Made by a program: the position numbers and the translations under genes
The notes under the pieces: model-generated
The model's input: the letters and a program-made list of their open reading frames with translations, nothing else
Told to the model about the DNA's origin: nothing
Databases searched by the model: none
From: an uncultured delta proteobacterium
Lineage (GTDB): Bacteria; Desulfobacterota; Desulfobaccia; Desulfobaccales; 0-14-0-80-60-11
Length of the DNA: 64,000 nt
NCBI GenBank assembly: GCA_963812015.1
Contig: CAWETI010000003.1
Coordinates: 256,001 to 320,000 of the forward strand
Direction: 5' to 3'
Shown here: in pieces, positions 54,749 through 63,201 of the stretch
Position numbering within the stretch: the stretch's first letter is position 1
Layout of the letters: the number at the start of each line of letters is the position of its first letter

Positions 54749-55699
54749 ATGAAAAAGCTCGAGCCCCTTTCCCTGGATGGCATCAAGACGTATAGTTTGA
54801 CTGAGCGGCATTCCAAGGTAAGCCGCCAGGACTTCGGCCAGCCCTGGGCGCCGGGGGGCAGCCTCCGGGAGTTCGTGGCCCGTTTGCCCCGGATCCTGGC
54901 CGGCGAGGCCTTGCGGGAGGTAGCCGCGGCCTGGGTGAAGGCCAGGAAGCATGGCCGCCCGGTGCTCCTGGGCATGGGGGCCCATCCCATCAAGGTGGGG
55001 TTGAGTCCCATTCTCATCGACCTCTTGAAACGGGGCCTCCTCACCGGCCTGGCCTTAAACGGTGCCGGCATCATTCACGACGCCGAGGTGGCCATGGTGG
55101 GCCGCACCTCCGAAGACGTGGACGAGGTCCTGGGTTGCGGGCAGTTCGGCATGGCCCGGGAGACCGCCGAATTTTTGAACGGCGCCATTGCCTGGGGGGC
55201 CAAGCAAGGTTTGGGCCTGGGGCAGGCGGTGGGCCGCCGGCTGTTGGAGAGCAATTTCCCCCACCAGGACCTGAGCCTGGTGGCCGCGGCCGCGGCCCTG
55301 GAAGTCCCCCTGACGGTGCACGTGGCGGTGGGGACCGACATTATCCACCTCCACCCCTCGATTGACCCGGAAGCCCTGGGGGCCGCCACCCACCGAGACT
55401 TTCGCCTCTTTGCGGCCCTGGTCAGCGAGCTCGACGACGGGGTCTTTGTCAACCTGGGCTCCGCGGTGATCATCCCGGAGGTCTTCCTGAAGGCCCTGAC
55501 CCTGGCCCGCAACCTGGGGCATCCGGTCGCGCCCCTGACCACGGTGAACCTGGACTTCGTGCAGCATTACCGGCCGCTCACCAATGTGGTGCGGCGCCCC
55601 ACCGCCGGGGTGGGGCGTGGGTTTGCCTTGACCGGCCACCACGAGCTGCTGTTCCCGATGCTTGCGGCCCTGGTGGCGGAAGAGATGGAGGAGGCGTGA
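54749..55699 (+). CDS. Conserved hypothetical protein (GSU2086-like, DHS-like fold)
   Basis: GAHPIKVG, NGAGIIHD, GTDIIH and GSAVIIPEVFLKA. Confidence 0.7.
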   Translation: MKKLEPLSLDGIKTYSLTERHSKVSRQDFGQPWAPGGSLREFVARLPRILAGEALREVAAAWVKARKHGRPVLLGMGAHPIKVGLSPILIDLLKRGLLTGLALNGAGIIHDAEVAMVGRTSEDVDEVLGCGQFGMARETAEFLNGAIAWGAKQGLGLGQAVGRRLLESNFPHQDLSLVAAAAALEVPLTVHVAVGTDIIHLHPSIDPEALGAATHRDFRLFAALVSELDDGVFVNLGSAVIIPEVFLKALTLARNLGHPVAPLTTVNLDFVQHYRPLTNVVRRPTAGVGRGFALTGHHELLFPMLAALVAEEMEEA

Positions 55700-56076
55700 T
55701 GTCCACGGAAATTGTGGTCGTGGTTGACGATATGCGGCTCAACGGTTACCTGGATGATTCCCCCACCGCCCAGGCCCTGGCGGACGCCCTGCCCATTGAG
55801 GGCCAGGCCCAGCTTTGGGGCGACGAGATCTATTTTCCGGTCCCCCGGATGGTGGCGGAGCTGGATGACACCGCGGCAGTGGTGGTGAACGTCGGAGACC
55901 TGGGCTACTGGCCCAGGGGAAGGGCATTGTGCCTGTTCTTCGGCTTGACCCCCAACAGCATCCCCGGGGAAATTCGCCCGGCCAGCGCCGTGAACCTGGT
56001 GGGGCGGGTCACGGATGATCCCTGCTGCCTCAAGCTGGTGAAAGAGGGCGCGCCGGTGCGGATTGAAAAAAAATAG
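55696..56076 (+). CDS. Cyclophilin-like fold protein
   Basis: WGDEIYF, GDLGYWP and CLFFG.TP. Confidence 0.85.
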   Translation: MMSTEIVVVVDDMRLNGYLDDSPTAQALADALPIEGQAQLWGDEIYFPVPRMVAELDDTAAVVVNVGDLGYWPRGRALCLFFGLTPNSIPGEIRPASAVNLVGRVTDDPCCLKLVKEGAPVRIEKK

Positions 56077-56090
56077 GGTAAAATAATTAT

Positions 56091-56183
56091 TGGGAGAGGG
56101 GGGCAAGGATTTTTCGTAAGCGCATTTTCCCCCTCCCCCAAACCCTTACCGGGGGTTGGGGAGAGGAATTTGAGGCGAGGGCA
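56091..56183. repeat. Family A repeat, degenerate reverse copy
   Basis: TTTTTCGTAAG in hairpin loop; CCCTTACCGGGGGTTGGGGAGAGGAATTTGAGG. Confidence 0.65.
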
Positions 56184-56250
56184 AAGCAATCACGCACAAC
56201 CAATTCTTCCGGCCCGCTCCTCACCATGACTATCAAGGAGACTTTTGGTA

Positions 56251-56475
56251 ATGCCCATTTTTGAATTTCACTGCAATAGCTGTAACCAGGATTTCGAGAA
56301 GCTGGTCTTCGGGGCCGACCCTGGGGTGGAGTGTCCCCATTGCGGCCAAACCAAGGTGGAAAAGTTAATGAGCGCCTGTACCGCCAAGGTGGGGGGCAAG
56401 TTAACCTCCACCTCCAGCGGCAGTCAAAGTTCCTGCGCCGGCTGTTCCTCGGGTTCCTGCAGCACCTGCGGTTAA
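56251..56475 (+). CDS. FmdB-family zinc-ribbon protein
   Basis: MPIFEFHCNSC..CPHCG..KLMS and Cys-rich tail. Confidence 0.88.
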   Translation: MPIFEFHCNSCNQDFEKLVFGADPGVECPHCGQTKVEKLMSACTAKVGGKLTSTSSGSQSSCAGCSSGSCSTCG

Positions 56476-56481
56476 GCGATC

Positions 56482-57414
56482 TTGCCCACGGATATCAAAA
56501 TCGGCACCCGGGGCAGCGCCCTGGCACTGGCCCAGTCCCGGTGGGTGGCGGCTCAGCTCTCCGGGAGCGATCCCGGCTGCCGGGTGGAATTGATCATCAT
56601 CAAGACCACCGGGGATAAGGTGCAAGACGTCCCCTTGGCCCAGATCGGGGGCAAGGGTCTGTTCATCAAGGAGATTGAAGAAGCGCTCCTGAGGGGCCAG
56701 GTGGATCTGGCGGTGCACAGCCTCAAGGATATGCCGGCGGAGGTGCCGGCAGGCCTGATGCTGGGGGCGGTGCCGCCCCGGGAAGATTGCCGGGATGCCT
56801 TCATCTCTTCCCGCTATGCCAGCCTGGTGGAAATTCCCTCCGGGGGCCGGGTCGGCACCGGCAGTCTCCGGCGTCGGGTGCAACTGCTGCATCGGCGGCC
56901 CGACCTGGAAGTAGTGCCCCTGAGAGGCAACGTGGATACCCGCCTGAAAAAGATGGAGGACTTAAATCTGGATGGACTTATCCTGGCCGCAGCCGGGCTT
57001 AATCGGCTGGGGTTGGGTCATATTTACCGCGGGTGCGTGCCCGAATCGGACATGCTGCCGGCCGTGGGCCAGGGAGCCCTGGGCCTGGAGGTGCGCACCG
57101 AGGACCATGGCCTCCGGGAACGGCTGGCGTTTCTGGATGATGCGCCCACCCGCCTGGCGGTGACCGCAGAGCGGGCCTTTCTGGCCCGGCTGGAGGGGGG
57201 GTGCGTGGTGCCGGTGGCGGCCCTGGGGCGGGTGGCAGGGGACTCTCTCCATCTGGAGGCCCTGATCAGCGATCTGGAAGGACGCCGCCTCCTGAAGGAT
57301 CAAAGGTCCGGCCCCGTGGCTGAAGCGGTCAGTTTGGGAATCAGCCTGGCCGAAACTTTGTTGGCCCAGGGCGGGGCGGAAATCTTATCCGCACTGTATG
57401 GGAGGCCGGTTTAA
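56482..57414 (+). CDS. hemC: Hydroxymethylbilane synthase
   Basis: IGTRGSALALAQ, GGKGLF.KE, HSLKD, RGNVDTR and LEGGC. Confidence 0.96.
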   Translation: MPTDIKIGTRGSALALAQSRWVAAQLSGSDPGCRVELIIIKTTGDKVQDVPLAQIGGKGLFIKEIEEALLRGQVDLAVHSLKDMPAEVPAGLMLGAVPPREDCRDAFISSRYASLVEIPSGGRVGTGSLRRRVQLLHRRPDLEVVPLRGNVDTRLKKMEDLNLDGLILAAAGLNRLGLGHIYRGCVPESDMLPAVGQGALGLEVRTEDHGLRERLAFLDDAPTRLAVTAERAFLARLEGGCVVPVAALGRVAGDSLHLEALISDLEGRRLLKDQRSGPVAEAVSLGISLAETLLAQGGAEILSALYGRPV

Positions 57415-57428
57415 CTTTAAGAATTACC

Positions 57429-57457
57429 TTGACATTCTTGATATTCTGCTATATAGT
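57429..57457 (+). promoter_or_regulatory. Sigma70 promoter
   Basis: TTGACA-N17-TATAGT. Confidence 0.65.
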
Positions 57458-57502
57458 AACTCAACGAAAATGGTCAGTTGGTGAAATCGGGGGATTCCAG
57501 CA

Positions 57503-58102
57503 ATGCGGGCGAGAAGGGGGATAGCCTGGCTGGCGGCAGCTTTTTGGCTGGTCGTGGGGATATGCGCCCCGATGACTGGGCTGGCTGCCGTTGATAATCC
57601 TTATACCCTCCCCATTCTTAACGTAGGGGCGCCGGGTTCCCTCGAAACCCAGATGCTGGGTGAACAACCTCTTAAGCCCGCCACCCCTCGTCTTCCCGGC
57701 GCTCAAGGGCTGCCGTCTTTGCAGCTTTATCAAAATGGTGGAGACGCCCGAGTCAGTCTGCCTCTCAACACGGAGATGCATATCTCCATTCGCTATAATC
57801 GAGACCCAAACCCGGCAGAACCGCAGCGGCTCAACGACTCACCGCTTTACATGAAATATGCCGTGGACTACCGCCTGCTGTCTAACCTCCGGGTGGGGCT
57901 GAACAGCTATCTGTACCGTCCTGCCGAAGATGGCTTTGCCTTCCAACGCCCCATGGCTAATCAGCTCCTGGGGGTTGGTCCGGAAATCAAATACGACCTG
58001 GGACGGTGGAGTTTCCTCTTAAAGAGCCAGATGGAGGCCGGCAGTAATCGGGACCAGGGCAAAGACCTGCAAAACTGGTTCCGGGTTTGGTACGCCTTCT
58101 AG
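57503..58102 (+). CDS. Exported hypothetical protein, possible small outer-membrane beta-barrel
   Basis: Signal peptide, alternating beta-strand pattern and C-terminal WFRVWYAF. Confidence 0.6.
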   Translation: MRARRGIAWLAAAFWLVVGICAPMTGLAAVDNPYTLPILNVGAPGSLETQMLGEQPLKPATPRLPGAQGLPSLQLYQNGGDARVSLPLNTEMHISIRYNRDPNPAEPQRLNDSPLYMKYAVDYRLLSNLRVGLNSYLYRPAEDGFAFQRPMANQLLGVGPEIKYDLGRWSFLLKSQMEAGSNRDQGKDLQNWFRVWYAF

Positions 58103-58210
58103 TGGATTGTTCCGCAATCAGCTCCCCTCATAAAACGGCCTTTTGATAGTTAAAATGCGGTTAATTAAGAACCATACAAATAATTTCTGCCCGCTGATCC
58201 CCCTGTCTTC

Positions 58211-58909
58211 GTGCGTTTTTTTGCGTCTTTGATCCCCGCCCGCTTTCTGGAGCGCCGCCAACGTTTCCTGGCCCTGGTGGAGTTGCCGGACCACCGGCGC
58301 GTCTGGGTCCATGTGCCGAATACCGGCGCCTTAACCGGCTGTGCCGATCCCGGCCAGGAGATCTTGCTTACCTTTGACCCGCGCCCGGGGCGCAAAACCG
58401 ACTATACCTGGCGCTTTGTCCGGGGTCCCGAGGGGTGGATTTGTATCGATACCCTGGTCCCCAACCGCCTGGTGGCGGAGGCCCTGGCCGGCGACGGCCT
58501 GCCGGGCTTGCCTGCGGCCCACCAGGTGCGGGCCGAAGTTTCCATCTCCCAGGGCAGCCGCCTGGATTTTGTCCTGAAGGTGAAAGGTGGGCTCCTATTC
58601 ATGGAGGTCAAGAGCGTCACCTGGGTGGAAGACGGGGTGGCTCTCTTTCCTGACGGGGTGACGAGCCGGGGGCGGCGCCATCTGGAGCACCTGAGCGACC
58701 TGGCGCGCCAGGGGCACCAGGCCTGGAACGTCTTCGTGGTCCAGCGCCAAGACGCCCACCGGTTGCGCCCCGCCGCGGCCATCGATCCGGCCTATGCTCG
58801 GCAACTGGCCGCCGTGGCCGCTCAAGGCGTGAATATCCTGGTGCTCCAAGAAAAAGTTCAGCCCCCGGAAATTACCCTTGCATCCATCCTCCCCTTTGAT
58901 TTAACATAA
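58211..58909 (+). CDS. sfsA: DNA/RNA nuclease SfsA
   Basis: HVPNTG, SRLDF, MEVKSVT and FPDGVTSRGRRHL. Confidence 0.92.
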   Translation: MRFFASLIPARFLERRQRFLALVELPDHRRVWVHVPNTGALTGCADPGQEILLTFDPRPGRKTDYTWRFVRGPEGWICIDTLVPNRLVAEALAGDGLPGLPAAHQVRAEVSISQGSRLDFVLKVKGGLLFMEVKSVTWVEDGVALFPDGVTSRGRRHLEHLSDLARQGHQAWNVFVVQRQDAHRLRPAAAIDPAYARQLAAVAAQGVNILVLQEKVQPPEITLASILPFDLT

Positions 58910-58965
58910 ATTGCTTGAAACAAATCTCTCACAGAATCCTCACGAGACCTGAATCGAGTTGATCT

Positions 58966-59928
58966 ATGAATGCGGCGCTTAATAACAATATCCGGATCTT
59001 TTCGGGCAACTCCACCCCCGAGCTGGCCCACAAAATCTGCGACCACCTCTCCCTGCCCCTGGGGCAGGCCATGGTCAGCACCTTCAGCGACGGGGAAATC
59101 CGGGTGGAAATTGCCGATAATGTCAGGGGCCGGGACGTTTTCCTGATCCAGTCCACCTGTCCTCCCACCAACCACAACCTGATGGAATTGCTGATTATGA
59201 TCGACGCGGTGAAGCGGGCTTCGGCCCGGCGCATCACCGCAGTCATCCCCTATTTCGGCTATGCCCGCCAGGACCGCAAGGTGGCTCCCCGGGTGCCTAT
59301 CACCGCCAAGCTGGTGGCCGACCTCCTGTCCACCGCCGGGGCCCAGCGCGTTCTCACCATGGACCTGCACGTCGGGCAGATCCAGGGTTTTTTCGATATC
59401 CCGGTGGACAACCTCTACGCCTCTCCCGTCATGATTCCCTATATCCGGGAAAATTTTCAGGACGATCTGGCCATTGTGTCGCCGGATGCCGGGGGGGTGC
59501 CCCGGGCCCGGGCCTATGCCAAACGCCTGACCGCCACCTTGGGGTTGATCGATAAGCGCCGGGACGCCCCGGGCAAGGCCAAGGCCATGAATCTCATCGG
59601 CGAGGTCATGGGCAAGGACGTGGTCATTTTGGACGATATCATCGACACCGGCGGCACCTTGAGCGAAGCGGCCGGGGTCATCATCCAGCAGGGCGCCCGC
59701 AACGTCAACGCCTGCTGCACCCATGCCGTGCTCTCCGGGCCGGCGGTGGATCGGGTGGCAAATTCTCCCCTGCACCGCCTGGTGGTCACCGATACCATTC
59801 CCTTGAGCGAGGCGGCCAAAAAGTGCCCCAAGATCGTGCCACTCCCGGTGGCGCCCCTCCTGGCCCAGGCCATTGTGCGCATCCACCAGGAAGACTCCGT
59901 CAGCTCCCTGTTTGAGATTCAATTCTGA
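58966..59928 (+). CDS. prs: Ribose-phosphate pyrophosphokinase
   Basis: [23 protein letters not shown] and DDIIDTGGT. Confidence 0.97.
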   Translation: MNAALNNNIRIFSGNSTPELAHKICDHLSLPLGQAMVSTFSDGEIRVEIADNVRGRDVFLIQSTCPPTNHNLMELLIMIDAVKRASARRITAVIPYFGYARQDRKVAPRVPITAKLVADLLSTAGAQRVLTMDLHVGQIQGFFDIPVDNLYASPVMIPYIRENFQDDLAIVSPDAGGVPRARAYAKRLTATLGLIDKRRDAPGKAKAMNLIGEVMGKDVVILDDIIDTGGTLSEAAGVIIQQGARNVNACCTHAVLSGPAVDRVANSPLHRLVVTDTIPLSEAAKKCPKIVPLPVAPLLAQAIVRIHQEDSVSSLFEIQF

Positions 59929-59984
59929 GGATAGTGGGGGAAGGAAGGGCCAGGGACCGTCTAAGGCGTGAACCCGATAAAGGA

Positions 59985-60016
59985 AAGAGGGGCCAACGGC
60001 CCCTCTTCGTTTTTTT
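59985..60016 (+). terminator. Intrinsic terminator after prs
   Basis: AAGAGGGGCC-AAC-GGCCCCTCTT followed by a T-tract. Confidence 0.75.
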
Positions 60017-60111
60017 CGTGCCGCGTCTGGGGAAGGCAACGGCTAACCCCGGTACGCGAGATTTTTTACGACTACTTCACTGTTTCAGGAGTTGAGGCCC
60101 CCTGGTTCCTG

Positions 60112-60762
60112 TCACGCCGGTTTCGGTTCCTCTCCCTCCGGTTCCTTCGGTTCCTCTTCCTCCGGTTCCCGCGGTTTCGGCGCCTTTCCCTCTTTGCCCT
60201 TTTCTTCCGCACTTCGCCCGCCAAAGTAAAACCCGGTGATGGAGGCTAAGGTTGCACCGAGCATACTCAGGACATTACTGATAATTTTCATGGATTCCTG
60301 GTCTTTGCAAAAAGTTAATAAATGAAACATGGCGATGCCCAATATGATGATGACCGCAAAGGCCATCAAGGACCGGGACATCCCGGCAATCCCCGGAGGC
60401 CCTCCTGAGGTTGCCTTGATTAAGCCCTGGAATTCATCTTTGTCCAAACCGTTTAGACTTGCTTTCTCAATCAAGATTCGCCAATTTTTATTGCGGGAGC
60501 GATATGCCAGGATGACGTCGATAATGGTGGGAATCGCAATAAAGAGCGCCAAAATGAGGGCATAGTAAAATATGACGTCGGGATCCTTTTTGGGAACGGG
60601 GGGTGTCTGCCCGGTCTGCCCTTGCTTCTCACCCTGGGTCTGAACTTGAGTTCCCGTTTCCCCTGGATTAGCACTAAAAGCTTGATTCGCACTGGAAACC
60701 GCCAGTACCGCCACCATGGCCAGACACAAGAACAGCCAATAGGATTTCTTCCTCAACTTCAT
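60112..60762 (-). CDS. Hypothetical membrane protein (signal peptide, three TM helices, E/K/P-rich tail)
   Basis: AAGGAGG RBS; hydrophobic segments ending ITGFYFG. Confidence 0.7.
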   Translation of the reverse strand: MKLRKKSYWLFLCLAMVAVLAVSSANQAFSANPGETGTQVQTQGEKQGQTGQTPPVPKKDPDVIFYYALILALFIAIPTIIDVILAYRSRNKNWRILIEKASLNGLDKDEFQGLIKATSGGPPGIAGMSRSLMAFAVIIILGIAMFHLLTFCKDQESMKIISNVLSMLGATLASITGFYFGGRSAEEKGKEGKAPKPREPEEEEPKEPEGEEPKPA

Positions 60763-61094
60763 GGCATTTTCCTCCTTGAGTATGCTTTCCTCGACTCCGG
60801 CTCTCCTGAGCCGGTCCCTGCGGCATGGCAGGGAGTGCGGCCTGCCACCGTTGTCAGCAATACTAATGAAAAAACTGCATAGATTTTTCTATGGAATACT
60901 TTACAGTAAAAGTCAAGGGAATTATGGCCGGTATTTGGGGGCAGTGCCAGGGGGCATCAATCTTTGGCAGGGGCGAGGGTCACCAGGCCCGCAGGGGGAA
61001 AAGGGAAAACTCCCGGATAGGGGATGGGTAGACCCCTAGTAAGATAAGACTGGGGGATGGGGCGGCCTGAGCCTGAAGCCCCTCCCCCCGAACT

Positions 61095-62493
61095 CTACAT
61101 CACTACGATCGGTTCCAGCCCGTCCTTCCAGCCGTCCCACAGATAGGCGTCCAGGCGGCCCATCGCGATAACCCGAAAGGCGTAGCGGGCCTGGGCGGTG
61201 TAGAAGTCGCACAGGGGCGCCGGCGCGTCCAGGCGCCCGTTCATGGCATAGACCTCCGCCGGGCAGGGCGCCCCACAGAAGTGGCGCACCGCGCAGCGGT
61301 TGCAGGGCGCGAAGCCCTCCGTCACCCGGGTGGTTATCTGTTTGAATTGCGGGGTCGCCAGCAACTCCGGCACCGACTGCTCCCAGAGGTTGCCGCCGTG
61401 AAACTCGGTCAGGCCCAGGAATTCGCTGCACGGAGCCACCTCGCCTTTGGCGCCCACCGCAAAGAAACAGCGCCCGCCGCCGCAGGGGGAGATGTCGCAC
61501 ATCAGCCGCCGGGCTCCCGGGGCCACCAGCCCCAACAGCAGGTTGGCAAAGTTGCCGATGACCATTTTGCGCCCGGTCTCCTGAGCTCAGCGCGTAAGTC
61601 CGGTCCAGGGCCGCAAAGAAGAAGTGGGCCAACTCCGTCTGGTCCGGCATCAGGTTCCGGCCGCCCAACTGGGTGCCCCTGACCGGGTTGAGCAGGGCGT
61701 TGGTCACCCCCCGGGCATGGAAAAACTCCACCAGTTCCGGCAGGACCCGGACGTTCTCTTTGGTCACCGTGGCAATGACGTTGAGGCCGGGGTAGTCAAC
61801 CAGCTCCTCCAGGACCTTCACCGTCTGGGCGAAAACCCCGGCGCCGCCCCAGGTGCGGCGGGTGCGGTCGGCCACCTCCGGGGTGGGGCCGTCCAGGGAG
61901 AGCCCGATGCCGACGTTATGGGCCACCAGGAAGTCTTTGGCCTCTTGATCCAGCAGGGTGGCGTTGGTCTGCACCCCGAAGCGGAAGTAGTCGCCATGCT
62001 TCTCGATGCCCTGGAAGACCGCCTCCTTCGCCAGCAGGGGTTCGCTGCCGTGGAACACCAACTGGGGCCGCGCCCCCTCCGGCAGGGTGCCTTTGAAGAA
62101 ATCCTCGAGGAGGGCCAGGGACTCCATCAGGCGGGCCGGCGCCATGTGGGTCCCGGCTTTCCGGGCCTCCCGGGGCAGGTAACAGTAGCCGCAGTCCAGG
62201 TTGCAGCGTTCCGTGGGGTTAAAGTAGACCGCCGACGGCAGCAATCCGAACCGCACGTTGTTAAGGTCCGCAGCCAGACGGGCTTCTTGGGCAAGAAACA
62301 CCTGGGGCAACTCCGGCCCCAGGAGATAGTCCAGGGCCTGGTCCCGGGGGGCCAGCACCCAGAAGGCGGTGTCTGCGTTAATCAGGGCCACAAAGTCCTC
62401 GTGGCCGATCTCCAGCACGTCGAAATGGGGCCCGGCCCCGGCATTCACCGGGACTCCCGCCGGACCCCACAGAGGTGAAACTTCCTGCGCCAT
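61095..62493 (-). pseudogene. cbpB: Peptide-modifying radical SAM/SPASM enzyme (CbpB-like) with a +1 frameshift near 61585
   Basis: CNLDCGYC, FHGSEP and QTN in ORF 62493-61036; SPASM motifs (CDISPCGGGRCF, C..C..RHFCGAPCP) in overlapping ORF 61565-61095; may be a sequencing error. Confidence 0.82.
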
Positions 62494-62495
62494 GC

Positions 62496-62615
62496 CTACT
62501 TGGCCTTCTTGGCGTCGGCCATGAGGTAATGGGACAGGCCCACCTGATCGCCGTTGGGGGCGCAGGTGTAGCGGATGCTGATGGGTTTCACCTTACTACT
62601 CTTAGATTTCTGCAT
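62496..62615 (-). CDS. cbpA: Short RiPP precursor peptide (CbpA-like), 39 aa
   Basis: MQKSKSSKVKPISIRYTCAPNGDQVGLSHYLMADAKKAK; AGGAGG RBS; R..C....GLSHY.M motif; ends 2 nt before the radical SAM gene. Confidence 0.82.
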   Translation of the reverse strand: MQKSKSSKVKPISIRYTCAPNGDQVGLSHYLMADAKKAK

Positions 62616-62690
62616 ATACATGTCCTCCTTCCTCGTGTGGTTTGCCGGGGTCAAGCGAAAACCGCGACCACCGGGGTGTAAGCTCTGTGT

Positions 62691-62754
62691 CTCACGCCAA
62701 GGCGCTAAGCTCGCCAAGAATTTTTGCCTTTGCGCCTCAGCGTCTTTGCGTGAG
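62691..62754. repeat. Palindromic repeat (CACGC.AAG.CGC type)
   Basis: CTCACGCCAAGGCGCTAAG..CTCAGCGTCTTTGCGTGAG. Confidence 0.55.
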
Positions 62755-62784
62755 CAAAATGTAGTGTGGGCACTGCCCCCCAAC

Positions 62785-62816
62785 AAAAAAAGAGTCCCAT
62801 CCCTCGGATGGAACTC
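62785..62816 (-). terminator. Intrinsic terminator, probable riboswitch expression platform
   Basis: Minus strand GAGTTCCATCC-GAG-GGATGGGACTC then T7. Confidence 0.75.
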
Positions 62817-62860
62817 CCTTTACCATCAGGAGTAGCCGTTCATACAAACTTACAAAAACA

Positions 62861-63023
62861 CCAGGCAGGTCTTCTGGCTCTCGGATCAGCCGGAGAACGT
62901 CAGCCTTCCCACCGGGGTTTTTCCTCAGTCCCCGGCAGTGGCCGGCTTGCGCCTTAACTTTCTCCGTCCCCGATTACAGCGGCGGGACCGCCCCGGATTC
63001 ACACCGGGTTCCGGATTGCCTGG
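62861..63023 (-). ncRNA. Cobalamin (B12) riboswitch
   Basis: Minus strand GGAA-CCCGGTGTGAATCCGGG-GCGGTCCCGCCGCTGTAA..GCCACTG..GGGAAGG..AGCCAGAAGACCTGCC (B12 box); P1 CCAGGCA/TGCCTGG. Confidence 0.92.
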
Positions 63024-63044
63024 AGGTTTAATTTTCTGACTGAA

Positions 63045-63073
63045 TGATTAACACGATGGTCCCGGTTTGTCAA
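63045..63073 (-). promoter_or_regulatory. Sigma70-type promoter upstream of the riboswitch
   Basis: TTGACA-N17-TAATCA on the minus strand. Confidence 0.5.
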
Positions 63074-63201
63074 GCCGGTGGCCTGAGCGCTCATGCTTCC
63101 CCCGGAGAGATCCGTCTCGCCGCAAATCACCTTGACAGCTCAGCCCCTTAAAGGTTATTTTTATCTTTTTAACTATATAAGCAAGATTCTGAGATTAACC
63201 T

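Noticed and set aside
61036..61590. C-terminal tail of the 485-aa ORF as real protein, or Sec readthrough of the TGA near 61588
   Set aside because: The tail is out-of-frame sequence over the SPASM domain; the TGA is not in the upstream frame, so readthrough cannot join the halves
62616..62786. Longer 96-aa version of the precursor peptide
   Set aside because: The extension runs through a repeat and lacks an RBS; AGGAGG supports ATG 62615
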